Part shown: piece after piece, positions 1 to 8,305 of the stretch
How the letters are laid out: every line of letters starts with the position of its first letter
How positions within the stretch are numbered: the first letter of the stretch is position 1
DNA from: Patescibacteria group bacterium
GTDB lineage: Bacteria > Patescibacteriota > UBA1384 > 2-12-FULL-50-11
Length of the DNA: 32,765 nt
Direction: 5' to 3'
Assembly (NCBI GenBank): GCA_041477655.1
Contig: JBGOUP010000003.1
Coordinates: forward strand, 1 to 32,765
Position numbers and translations under genes: made by a program
The notes under the pieces: generated by a model
Told to the model about the DNA's origin: nothing
The model's input: only the letters and a program-made list of their open reading frames with translations
The model's database searches: none

Positions 1-2
1 CT

Positions 3-1748
3 CAAGACAAAATAGTTCGGGTCTCACCTTCGGGCGATGACGTCAGGGACGGCTCGTCTTGGGTACTAGCGAAGCGAACACTGGCCGGCGCCGTTTCGAC
101 CGCCAATGGTCCAACCCAAGTCTGGATGAAACAAGGCGATTATTTGCCATCTAGCGCAACCAGCATTGGCAAACCTAAAATCAAAGTCTACGGCGGGTTT
201 GCTGGTGACGAGACCAAACTTGAAGATCGTCACGGCCAAGCCTCTACTATTAATGGCCAGGGAAATATCGGCCTGATTACTGCTAGCCTTGCGGATAACC
301 TAATTCTCGACCGACTTACCCTAACAGGAGCCAAAGCCGCCGATTCCGGAAGCGCCCTTAAGATTAGCAATTCCCAAAACGTAGTCATCAACGGAGTCAG
401 CTTCACCACTTCAACAGTAACTGGCAGTGCCAATGGCGGCTGTTTGTACTTATCTGGAGGGGCGGTCAGTATTACTAATTCGATATTTGATGGCTGTAAA
501 AGCTCGGCATCCGGCGGATCGCTCTATCTCGACAACACCGCCGCTGAAGTTACCAACAACACTTTTACCAATAGCAAAGCCGATGCTGGCGGCGCCCTGG
601 CCGTATCAGCCGGCTCGGGGCATATTACCGGTAACACTTTTACCAATAATCTGGCTACAACTACCATTAGTAACCGAGGAGGTGGGGCGATAATGCTTCA
701 AGGAGTTAAAAATTACCAACTAACCGGCAACTTCATTTCCGCCAATACCGCCTATTCTGGCTCGGCCATTGACTATGCTCTGGCTAGCACCGCCCAACTG
801 ATCAATAACATAATCGTTAACAACGTTGCCCTGACTGATGCTACTATCCTTGTTCATGATACCAACACCAATCTAACCATGCTAAATAATATTATTTCCG
901 ACAATCATGTAAATTATCCCAGCGGTAGTAGTGGCCTTCATCTGATCGGCACGGCTCGACTGGATGTGGATCGTAACAATCAGTACACCTATCAAGAGGG
1001 GGGTTTGGCAGTGATTGCCAGAGATTCGGGAGCCACTATCGGTCTCTTTGAAAGCAATGTTTGGGGAAACGGTTCAGCCAACATCACCTCGCCCGCTTCT
1101 GACTGGGCAATTTTGTCTCTAACCGCCAGCCAGTATGATCCCCAGTATCTTAACCGTACTTTTTTGGATAATCCGTTGTCGTTTCAAAGTCTAAAGACCA
1201 GCCCGGCCGTTAATGGTGGCACAGTTGATCCGTCTGTCCAGACAGACTTCCAGGGCTGTCCACGACCGATTGCCAATATTGACCGGTCAGCTTTCGAATA
1301 TCAAGGGGTTGACCAAAGGGTGGTATTGAATGGTTGGTCGAGTAACGATCAGGCGAAACGACTGTTAAAAGTAATCTACAAAGATACCATCGGGACAATC
1401 TTGAGTCAGGAAAATATCCCCCAAGCGGCAGACGGCACTTATAGATTAGCCGGTTTTCACCCAGCTGGGTCGACTTTTAAGTTGTATGTCAGCGCTCCAG
1501 GATATCTAACTAAAAGGCTTGATATTGCTAATCTGCCAGCCTGTAACTCGACCGGCCTGACAAGTTCAGTCCTGGATGGAGGCGATAGTAACGGCGATAA
1601 CGGGGTTAGCCTTCCCGACCTGAATCATGAGTTTATTAACTTTTTATCAACAACGGACGAAGCTGGCGATATAGATGGTGACGGTGTTGTCGGGCTAGCT
1701 GATATCAACTCTGTATTTATCAACTTTGGTCTTCAAGGAGACAATTAA
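3..1748 (+). CDS. Parallel beta-helix repeat protein with C-terminal dockerin-like (double EF-hand) module; 5'-partial
   Basis: The frame is open from base 3 (QDKIVRVSPSGDDVRDGSSWVLAKRTLAGAV...), so the ATG at 126 is internal. It has GGA(L/I) and FTNN beta-helix motifs, and the C-terminus carries GDSNGDNGVSLPDLN / GDIDGDGVVGLADIN. Confidence 0.8.
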   Translation, partial: QDKIVRVSPSGDDVRDGSSWVLAKRTLAGAVSTANGPTQVWMKQGDYLPSSATSIGKPKIKVYGGFAGDETKLEDRHGQASTINGQGNIGLITASLADNLILDRLTLTGAKAADSGSALKISNSQNVVINGVSFTTSTVTGSANGGCLYLSGGAVSITNSIFDGCKSSASGGSLYLDNTAAEVTNNTFTNSKADAGGALAVSAGSGHITGNTFTNNLATTTISNRGGGAIMLQGVKNYQLTGNFISANTAYSGSAIDYALASTAQLINNIIVNNVALTDATILVHDTNTNLTMLNNIISDNHVNYPSGSSGLHLIGTARLDVDRNNQYTYQEGGLAVIARDSGATIGLFESNVWGNGSANITSPASDWAILSLTASQYDPQYLNRTFLDNPLSFQSLKTSPAVNGGTVDPSVQTDFQGCPRPIANIDRSAFEYQGVDQRVVLNGWSSNDQAKRLLKVIYKDTIGTILSQENIPQAADGTYRLAGFHPAGSTFKLYVSAPGYLTKRLDIANLPACNSTGLTSSVLDGGDSNGDNGVSLPDLNHEFINFLSTTDEAGDIDGDGVVGLADINSVFINFGLQGDN

Positions 1749-1776
1749 TTGACAAATGCCAAATGCCATCTATGCT
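1749..1776 (+). promoter_or_regulatory. sigma70-type promoter
   Basis: TTGACA (1749-1754), 16 bp spacer, TATGCT (1771-1776), upstream of ATG 1789. Confidence 0.6.
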
Positions 1777-1788
1777 AAAAAGTGGAGG

Positions 1789-3738
1789 ATGAAGCTAACA
1801 ACACTTTGGATTAAGAGGCCAACGGTTCGTTTGTTGCTGGTGGTTGTTTTGTTGGTCGTAGTTGGTTTAGCTGTTAATTTTAATAAAGGCAATACTTTCC
1901 AAGCCGTTTCCCCAGCACCACCGCCCGAAAATAATGGCGGCGGTGGGGTGAATGGGCAGTCTGGGACCGTCATCCACGTTGCCCCAACCGGTAAAGATAC
2001 TAATGATGGTTTAACTTGGCCAAATGCCAAACTAACCATTGCCGGAGCCTTGTCCGCTCTGCCGACCGGCAATGGGGAAATATGGGCCAAGGAAGCTACC
2101 TATAGTACTGGCGGTACGGTTGTGTCCCAGTCTAATATCAACTTCTACGGTGGCTTTCAGGGTACGGAAACAACCCTGGCCGAACGTCCAGCTGGCAAAA
2201 GATCAACCTTTAGCGGCGGTAATCAGTTTCAGACGTTCAAGGTAAACGGTGCTAGCAATTTTGTCTTTGATCAACTCGGCTTTATCGATGGCACTGTCAA
2301 CTGGCACGGTGGTGCTCTCTACCTTTATTCGGCTACGAATGTAACGATTAATAACAGCGTCTTTCAGAACAGTACCACTACTGCTACTGGTAACGGCGGT
2401 TGTTTGGCGATTATCAACGGGAGTGCTACTATTACTAACTCAATTATCCGCAACTGTGTCAGCGCGGCGACGGGTGGAGGACTTTATGAATTAGGGGCGG
2501 TAGTGAACGCATCAAATCTGTTAGTCGAGAATAATCGCGCTGTTAAAGGCGGGGGTATTGGATTAAGCAGCGGAGATGGATTGATATCGGGAAGCACAAT
2601 CCGCAACAACGTTGCCACCTCCACAACGACCGAGGGCGGTGGCGGAATTTATATGAATACTGTCCAGCGGCTTCATATTGCCCAGAATGTCATCACCGGC
2701 AACTCCGCCAATTATGGCGCGGCGCTGGACTGCTTTAACTACACTACCAACACGATCAAAAATAATATCATCACGCTAAACGTCGCCGGTAGTGCCGCCA
2801 TCAGCGTACGCGGCTATGGCACCGCCACTAACTTCACCAATAATACGATCAGTGATAATCGGAGTACCGCTGGATTTTCGGCATTGAGCCTGTTTGATAG
2901 CGCTAACGCGATACTTCGTAGCGACTTGTACACATATAATAGTGGGCCAAAGGCGGCCATCGGCCATGATGCCAACAGCAATCTAAATGTCGGATATAGC
3001 GGTGCCTGGGGCAACGTCCATGGCACATGGGATCAGGCCGCCGATACTGACACCTATAAGTGGTCAATGTTGGAAGAAGACCCACTTTACCTTAACCGCA
3101 ATTTCCTCACTGATGTGGCCAGTTATCAGCTAACGCCAGCCAGTCCCGGACGCGATTACGGCCAGAACAATTTAGTGAACGACTTTGCTAATGCTTTCCG
3201 CCCAGTTAACTCCCGAGGCTGGAGCACGACCTACGCCGACAAAGGCGCCTACGAGTACCAAAACATCCAGCAATATCTAACTATGGACGGCTGGCGGGGA
3301 CCAAGTGCCGACGGTAAACAAGATTCGGCTCTGGTTCGATACCAAATCTTTGACGCCAACAACAAATTATTGGTAGACACCCAAGCTTCCCAAGCCAGTA
3401 ATGGTTTCTACCTCTTGCCGCTTAATCAAACCACCCCGCCGACTCTGCCGCTCAAAGTTCTGATCAACCCGGCTGGTTACCTAACCAAAAAAATCACTGT
3501 CACCAGTTTGCCCAATCCCTTGCCTACCCAGTTACCGACCGGGGCAAACTTGACCTTAGACGGCGGCGATGTTGATGGCGACAATACAGTCGGCGCTGTT
3601 GACATAAACCGGATCTTCATCAACTACTCCCTAACTAACGCCAAATTGACTGACGGCGATGTTAATGGTGACGGTGTGGTTGACTTACTCGATCTTAATC
3701 GGATCTTTCTTAACTTCTCCAAGTCTGGGGAGATCTAG
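1789..3738 (+). CDS. Membrane-anchored or secreted parallel beta-helix protein with dockerin-like C-terminus; paralog of the upstream gene
   Basis: N-terminal hydrophobic helix, HVAPTGKDTNDGLTWPNAK motif, GGA(L/I)Y repeats, DKGAYEY, and GDVDGDNTV / GDVNGDGVVDLLD. Start 1789 is preferred over 1756 because 1756 lies inside the promoter. Confidence 0.8.
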   Translation: MKLTTLWIKRPTVRLLLVVVLLVVVGLAVNFNKGNTFQAVSPAPPPENNGGGGVNGQSGTVIHVAPTGKDTNDGLTWPNAKLTIAGALSALPTGNGEIWAKEATYSTGGTVVSQSNINFYGGFQGTETTLAERPAGKRSTFSGGNQFQTFKVNGASNFVFDQLGFIDGTVNWHGGALYLYSATNVTINNSVFQNSTTTATGNGGCLAIINGSATITNSIIRNCVSAATGGGLYELGAVVNASNLLVENNRAVKGGGIGLSSGDGLISGSTIRNNVATSTTTEGGGGIYMNTVQRLHIAQNVITGNSANYGAALDCFNYTTNTIKNNIITLNVAGSAAISVRGYGTATNFTNNTISDNRSTAGFSALSLFDSANAILRSDLYTYNSGPKAAIGHDANSNLNVGYSGAWGNVHGTWDQAADTDTYKWSMLEEDPLYLNRNFLTDVASYQLTPASPGRDYGQNNLVNDFANAFRPVNSRGWSTTYADKGAYEYQNIQQYLTMDGWRGPSADGKQDSALVRYQIFDANNKLLVDTQASQASNGFYLLPLNQTTPPTLPLKVLINPAGYLTKKITVTSLPNPLPTQLPTGANLTLDGGDVDGDNTVGAVDINRIFINYSLTNAKLTDGDVNGDGVVDLLDLNRIFLNFSKSGEI

Positions 3739-3751
3739 CCAAATCGCTCCC

Positions 3752-3829
3752 GATATTAATGGTGACGGGACTGTTGGCATACCTGATCTCAACAGAGTTT
3801 TTGTTAACTGGTTGGCAGTTGGGGAGTAG
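3752..3829 (+). pseudogene. Orphan out-of-frame dockerin-like repeat (gene 3'-end remnant)
   Basis: The +1 frame after the stop at 3738 reads DINGDGTVGIPDLNRVFVNWLAVGE*, clearly similar to the terminal repeats of both upstream genes. Confidence 0.7.
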
Positions 3830-5152
3830 CTAGCTTTTCAGTCTGTCAGCTATTTGTTGAGCCAGCTTTGGCATATTCGTAGGCTTCATACCTTGTGTTG
3901 TGATGGCTGGCGTGCCGATGCGAATACCAGAGGGGTTCATTGGCGAGGCTTGATCATAAGGAATAGCGTTTTTGTTGACAGTTATGCCAGCTTTTTCTAA
4001 ACGGTCTTGAGCCTCCTGACCAGTCAGTTTAAGCGGCCGTAGGTCAACCAGAAATAGATGATTATCGGTGCCGCCGGTAATAATTTCCAACCCATTTTTG
4101 ATTAGTTCATCGGCCAATTTCTTGGCATTTTGCTGAACCATTATCACATATAAGCGATAATGCTCCTGCAAGGCTTCCTCTAAACAAACACCGATGGCGG
4201 CGATGGTATTCATATGCGGTCCGCCCTGAATGCCGGGGAAAATAGCTCGATCAATGAGTTCAGGCAATTGACGGTTAGATTTAGAAATGAGTTCGGATTT
4301 CGCCTCTCGACCATTCGATGGGCTCATGGTCGTCTTGAGCGATGTCGAAAGACGACTTTGCTCGAGGCGACCTGAACGATGTTGAACGGTCGGATTTCGA
4401 TATTCGGATTTTCTTGAAAAGATCAATGCTCCTCGCGGCCCGCGTAGAATTTTATGAGTTGTTGTCATAACCACATCGGCGTTATCTGCCCCGAGCGGGC
4501 TTGTGGTGAGCGAAGTCGAACTTGTCGAAGGGCCAAAAGGTGTTGGATGTAAACCAGCCGCAATCAAGCCAGAAATATGGGAAATATCGGCTAAATGATA
4601 GGCGCCAACTTGATGAGCAATGTCGCTAATTCTTTGAAAATCAATTTCTCGAGAATAGGCCGAGGCACCAGAAATAATTAGTTTGGGCTTATGCTCTTTG
4701 GCCAGACGTTCAATCTCGTCATAGTCCAACAAGAAAGTTTTTGGGTCAACATGATAAGTAACGCGGTTAAATAATTTGCCGGAAATGGTCACTTTGTGAC
4801 CATGAGTCAGATGACCGCCGTGAGAGAGCTCCAGCCCCATGAATTTGTCGCCAGGCTCAAGCAATGCGTAAAAAATGGCTAAATTAGCGATTGAACCAGA
4901 ATAGGCCTGAACGTTAACGGCGTAATCGGTTTGAAAAACTTCTTGAGCCAGTTTTTTGACCTGGTTCTCTAGCTGATCAACAACGGCGTTGCCAGCATAA
5001 TAACGCTTGTCCGGATAACCCTCACTATATTTATTAGTGAAATCCGAAGCCAAAGCATCTTTAACCGCATCAGAAACGTAATTTTCCGAAGCAATTAAAT
5101 TAATCGTTGCTCTTTGCCGTTCTGATTCCTGCTTAATTAAATCTTTGATCAT
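3830..5152 (-). CDS. glyA: Serine hydroxymethyltransferase with two in-frame palindromic insertions
   Basis: Motifs LIASENY, NKYSEGYP, GGHLTHG, TTTHKILRGPRG (PLP lysine), FPGIQGGP, GTDNHL and SGIRIGTPA. Confidence 0.97.
   Translation of the reverse strand: MIKDLIKQESERQRATINLIASENYVSDAVKDALASDFTNKYSEGYPDKRYYAGNAVVDQLENQVKKLAQEVFQTDYAVNVQAYSGSIANLAIFYALLEPGDKFMGLELSHGGHLTHGHKVTISGKLFNRVTYHVDPKTFLLDYDEIERLAKEHKPKLIISGASAYSREIDFQRISDIAHQVGAYHLADISHISGLIAAGLHPTPFGPSTSSTSLTTSPLGADNADVVMTTTHKILRGPRGALIFSRKSEYRNPTVQHRSGRLEQSRLSTSLKTTMSPSNGREAKSELISKSNRQLPELIDRAIFPGIQGGPHMNTIAAIGVCLEEALQEHYRLYVIMVQQNAKKLADELIKNGLEIITGGTDNHLFLVDLRPLKLTGQEAQDRLEKAGITVNKNAIPYDQASPMNPSGIRIGTPAITTQGMKPTNMPKLAQQIADRLKS
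4275..4411. repeat. Nested palindromic and heptamer-repeat insertion inside glyA
   Basis: Direct repeat TCGGATTTCG (4293-4302, 4390-4399). Stems TCGCCTC/GAGGCGA (4300-4370), CGACCAT/ATGGTCG (4308-4332), TCGTCTT/AAGACGA (4330-4355) and CGACC/GGTCG (4368-4392). Confidence 0.8.
4488..4533. repeat. Nested palindromic insertion inside glyA
   Basis: The minus strand reads GCCCTTCGACAA[GTTCGACTTCGCTCACCACAAGCCC]GCTCGGGGC. The outer unit resembles CCCCTCGACTACGCTCGGGGC at 19420. Confidence 0.75.
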
Positions 5153-5212
5153 TCATGTTATTTTACTGGTAAATCAGCTAAAAAACGAGCCAATTGAGGT
5201 AAAATAGCGGTG

Positions 5213-5659
5213 ATGAAGCAAATTGCTTTCAATCGAAAAGCTTGGTTTGATTATTATATTTCCGACAATTTTGAAGCCGGGCTAGTTTTGGAGGGACCAG
5301 AAATCAAGGCCATTCGAGACAACCGGGTTAATATTTCAGGTAGCTACATTAAACCATTCGTCACAACCGATGGCGCAACCGAGCTGTGGTGGGTAGGTAG
5401 TCATTTCAATATTGATGGCGATCAGTCTCGAACCAAAAAACTGCTCATGCATCGCCAAGAGATAAATCGCTTGGCCGGAAAACTTACAGATAAGGGATTC
5501 ACCGTTATTCCGCTGGAACTCTACCTAAAGAATGGCATGGCTAAACTGAAAATCGGCTTGGGCGCAAGCAAGAAGAAGGAAGATAAGCGACAAGTGATTA
5601 AAAAACGCGAAACCGACCGAGAGATTCAGCGGAGATTGAACTCAAAAAAGAAAAGTTAG
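5213..5659 (+). CDS. smpB: SsrA-binding protein
   Basis: Motifs NRKAWFDY, FEAGLVLEGPEIKAIR, RTKKLLMHRQEI and DKRQVIKKRE. TAAAAT lies 7 nt before ATG 5213. Confidence 0.95.
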   Translation: MKQIAFNRKAWFDYYISDNFEAGLVLEGPEIKAIRDNRVNISGSYIKPFVTTDGATELWWVGSHFNIDGDQSRTKKLLMHRQEINRLAGKLTDKGFTVIPLELYLKNGMAKLKIGLGASKKKEDKRQVIKKRETDREIQRRLNSKKKS

Positions 5660-6540
5660 GGACTAGGGGTTGTGGTCGTTGGGCTGGAAGACGTCGTTCC
5701 GGCACTCTTCAGCTGTGTCTGGATGGCAACAATATCAGCTCTGGCTAATTTAAGCGAATCTCTGGCCTTGGTCATCAGTGCCTTGGCCTCATCAAATTTG
5801 GCTGTTTTAGAGTCACCGGCCGGAGTACCAGCGATAGTCTTGTAGATATCCAGCGCCTGGCCAACGGAAGTCTTAGCATCGGCTAAATGTTGATCCAGCG
5901 CAGTCGGGTCAGCTCCATCGGCTTTCCACTTGACCGAATCCTGTTGAACCTTATCAATCAAAACTTGGAGACGGATAGCGGCACAGAAACCAATATTGGC
6001 CGGCGAAAAGTTATTAAATATTTGATTCTTGTCGAACAGTTCTTTGATGATAGTTTTAGCCCCGTCAACAGTGGTGGCGGCATCCAGCCTGGTCTTCTCG
6101 TCTTTGAGATTGGTTTCGATAGTTGTGATATTGGCTAAGTAGGCCGCTTTCATATCGGTTGAGATACCGTCGCAACGCTCGCCAGGCAGTTTTTTAAGCC
6201 GATCAATTACCTGAAGTCGAACGGCAATGAGTTTATCACCTAAGCGTTTCAACTGGGCTAATTTTTTCTGCTCGTTTTCCTGTTTTCTAGCGGCGACTTT
6301 GTCTTGATCGGCCGCGGTCTTAATGGTTTTATAACTCTCCAGTTCCGTTGTTGCATCCTTTAGGCCAGTGGCAAACTGTTTGCTAAATGATTGGATGCTC
6401 ACAGCCGTTGTTTTTGTTGGGGTTGTGCTATCAGTCGAACTCTGGCCGCTTGTCTGAGCCAAAGCTGGCGATCCGTTGACTCCACTCACAAACCAAGCTA
6501 CCAGACCCAATAAAAGAGCCAAACTAAAGATCGGGCGCAT
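5656..6540 (-). CDS. Secreted alpha-helical/coiled-coil hypothetical protein
   Basis: Signal-peptide-like N-terminus (MRPIFSLALLLG...ALAQ), Thr/Ser linkers and a long helical body. The start is uncertain (6540-6567). Confidence 0.75.
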   Translation of the reverse strand: MRPIFSLALLLGLVAWFVSGVNGSPALAQTSGQSSTDSTTPTKTTAVSIQSFSKQFATGLKDATTELESYKTIKTAADQDKVAARKQENEQKKLAQLKRLGDKLIAVRLQVIDRLKKLPGERCDGISTDMKAAYLANITTIETNLKDEKTRLDAATTVDGAKTIIKELFDKNQIFNNFSPANIGFCAAIRLQVLIDKVQQDSVKWKADGADPTALDQHLADAKTSVGQALDIYKTIAGTPAGDSKTAKFDEAKALMTKARDSLKLARADIVAIQTQLKSAGTTSSSPTTTTPSP

Positions 6541-6832
6541 TGTCATTTGTTGAAGAGTTATCCTCACTAATAATGCTTAGCTCTTGATCAAGTTGGGAAA
6601 GCGAGCTGTCAATTTTGGCCTGATCAGACGAATCGGTAGTAGTAACGGCCGGTGTGGTCAGTGTGGTCGGCGTTGTCGTTTGACCGGTCTTATTCTGACC
6701 GTTCTGCAAATATAGCCAGGTGGCCAAACCTGCCACCAAGACAATAATTAATACCGCCACCAGCCAAGGGGCGACTTTTGAAGGCGGCGCTTCCGGTATA
6801 ATTGGTTGCGATTGCTGTGGAACTTGATCCAT
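6524..6832 (-). CDS. Small single-pass membrane protein with Thr-rich linker
   Basis: One TM helix; TTGACA-17-TAATCT promoter ends 7 nt upstream of the ATG. Confidence 0.8.
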   Translation of the reverse strand: MDQVPQQSQPIIPEAPPSKVAPWLVAVLIIVLVAGLATWLYLQNGQNKTGQTTTPTTLTTPAVTTTDSSDQAKIDSSLSQLDQELSIISEDNSSTNDNAPDL

Positions 6833-6839
6833 CTATTCC

Positions 6840-6868
6840 AGATTAGTTTGACAATCAGAGCCTGTCAA
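6840..6868 (-). promoter_or_regulatory. sigma70-type promoter, leaderless configuration
   Basis: TTGACA (6868-6863), 17 bp spacer, TAATCT (6845-6840), then 7 nt to the ATG. Confidence 0.7.
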
Positions 6869-6870
6869 CT

Positions 6871-7782
6871 TTACTCGTTCACGTCCATCGTCAGCATGTT
6901 GGCCATCAGCGCCCACCAATCTGATTGAAACGAATATCCGACACCAGTAGTGTGTGAAGCGAAGGTGTACTGGCCGGATCCATAATCTTCCAGATGAAAG
7001 TTGAGCGGTACTAAACTGTTGTCACGGGCGGCGACCAGGCCAATTAAAACCCTTGAACCTTGGGGAATTTTTCCGTTAGCCAAATCAAACAGACTGGGAT
7101 TGTTAAAGGTGACGGTCAAGCCATAGCTGGTGCCGTTATCGGTCTCCTGCTTGTTACAGATTTTAACGCTCAACTGGTCGGTCTGGTAATCTTTGACCAT
7201 CACTTGAGTTATTATTGCCGCGTTATTACCAAAAAATGCGTCTAGATCAGCTTTTTCTGTTTGTTGGCTGTATTTTTGAATACTAATGTAGATCGTGTCA
7301 GGCAACAGTTCGCCACTCGGTAGCCAAAAGGCCGCGTGCAGGCTGGTTGTTGACTGTATAAACGTATTTTGAGAAACGGCAGCGAAAATCTGATCACTTG
7401 GCTGAACGACGATTGCTCCGTCATAGCCGTAATAACCAGGCTGGCCGTATCCCGACTGCCCACAGCTATCCAAACTTTGGGAATGTTTCTGGGAGCCGTT
7501 GGATTGCTCGCTGGCACTCAATGTTTGTCCGATAATTCCGGAATTAGTGCTTGGTAAAATGTTGGAAACAACTAATTTATCTTGACTATGCTTGGTGATC
7601 GGTGGAACGACGACTTTGATCGACCCCGCCTTAAACTCATTGGGTTTCTCTAGAGATAATTGATTGGCCTGTAACGGCTGCGATTGTCTGACGGCCGCCG
7701 CGAATACGCCCAACCCACCCAGGGCCAACAAAGCCAGAGCAATTACCAGCCACGGGATGAAACTAAGTTTAGTGTCGTGCAT
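6871..7782 (-). CDS. Membrane-anchored hypothetical protein
   Basis: 303-aa ORF with an N-terminal TM helix and GGAGG upstream of the ATG. Confidence 0.75.
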   Translation of the reverse strand: MHDTKLSFIPWLVIALALLALGGLGVFAAAVRQSQPLQANQLSLEKPNEFKAGSIKVVVPPITKHSQDKLVVSNILPSTNSGIIGQTLSASEQSNGSQKHSQSLDSCGQSGYGQPGYYGYDGAIVVQPSDQIFAAVSQNTFIQSTTSLHAAFWLPSGELLPDTIYISIQKYSQQTEKADLDAFFGNNAAIITQVMVKDYQTDQLSVKICNKQETDNGTSYGLTVTFNNPSLFDLANGKIPQGSRVLIGLVAARDNSLVPLNFHLEDYGSGQYTFASHTTGVGYSFQSDWWALMANMLTMDVNE

Positions 7783-7827
7783 CCCCTCCAGGCAAGGCTC
7801 TCAAACCTAGCTGATCCTGTCAAACTG

Positions 7828-8202
7828 TTACTGGATTGCGTCCAGTTTCCAAGTGATGGCGTCGCTGGCCTTAGTTACATAGCTACCGGCGCCAACGTCA
7901 GAAATTTTATCGTTAACATAGAATGCCCAGAAATGCTGACTGTCTGGCGTAACGCTATCAATTGACTGGACAAATTCGCCATAACTGGAGGTTTGAGTTT
8001 GCACTTTGTGGCTGGCTTTTAACAGATCCAGGGCGTTTTGGCCTTCAACTCCTTGATAACTAAAAGCCGGTGACTGACTAGTGCTTGAAGCGGGATTGGT
8101 GGTTTTAACTGGCGGCTTATGGGCCAACAAATAAATACCGAAAACCAAAATAATTACCCCGATAAATGTAGTGGCTGTTAAGCGAAATTTTGTGTTATTC
8201 AT
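7828..8202 (-). CDS. DUF4430 (transcobalamin C-terminal-like) domain membrane protein
   Basis: NALDLL...YGEFVQSIDS...FWAFYVND...VGAGSY pattern plus an N-terminal TM. Start 8202 follows TTGACA-17-CATAAC. Confidence 0.8.
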   Translation of the reverse strand: MNNTKFRLTATTFIGVIILVFGIYLLAHKPPVKTTNPASSTSQSPAFSYQGVEGQNALDLLKASHKVQTQTSSYGEFVQSIDSVTPDSQHFWAFYVNDKISDVGAGSYVTKASDAITWKLDAIQ

Positions 8203-8305
8203 TCTTTGGTTATGGTGATTCTTCACTGACTTGTCAACAGTTGTGTTAAATTCTCCAAATTACAGGTAGAATTTGACCAATGATTGGGTCAAAAATTTCC
8301 GCTAA

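Noticed and set aside
3640-3829. DGR template/variable repeat pair among the dockerin repeats
   Set aside because: The differences are not adenine-specific and no reverse transcriptase is present in the window.
4275-4533. Inteins or self-splicing introns in glyA
   Set aside because: The insertions are far too short and lack intein (C...HN) or group I/II motifs.
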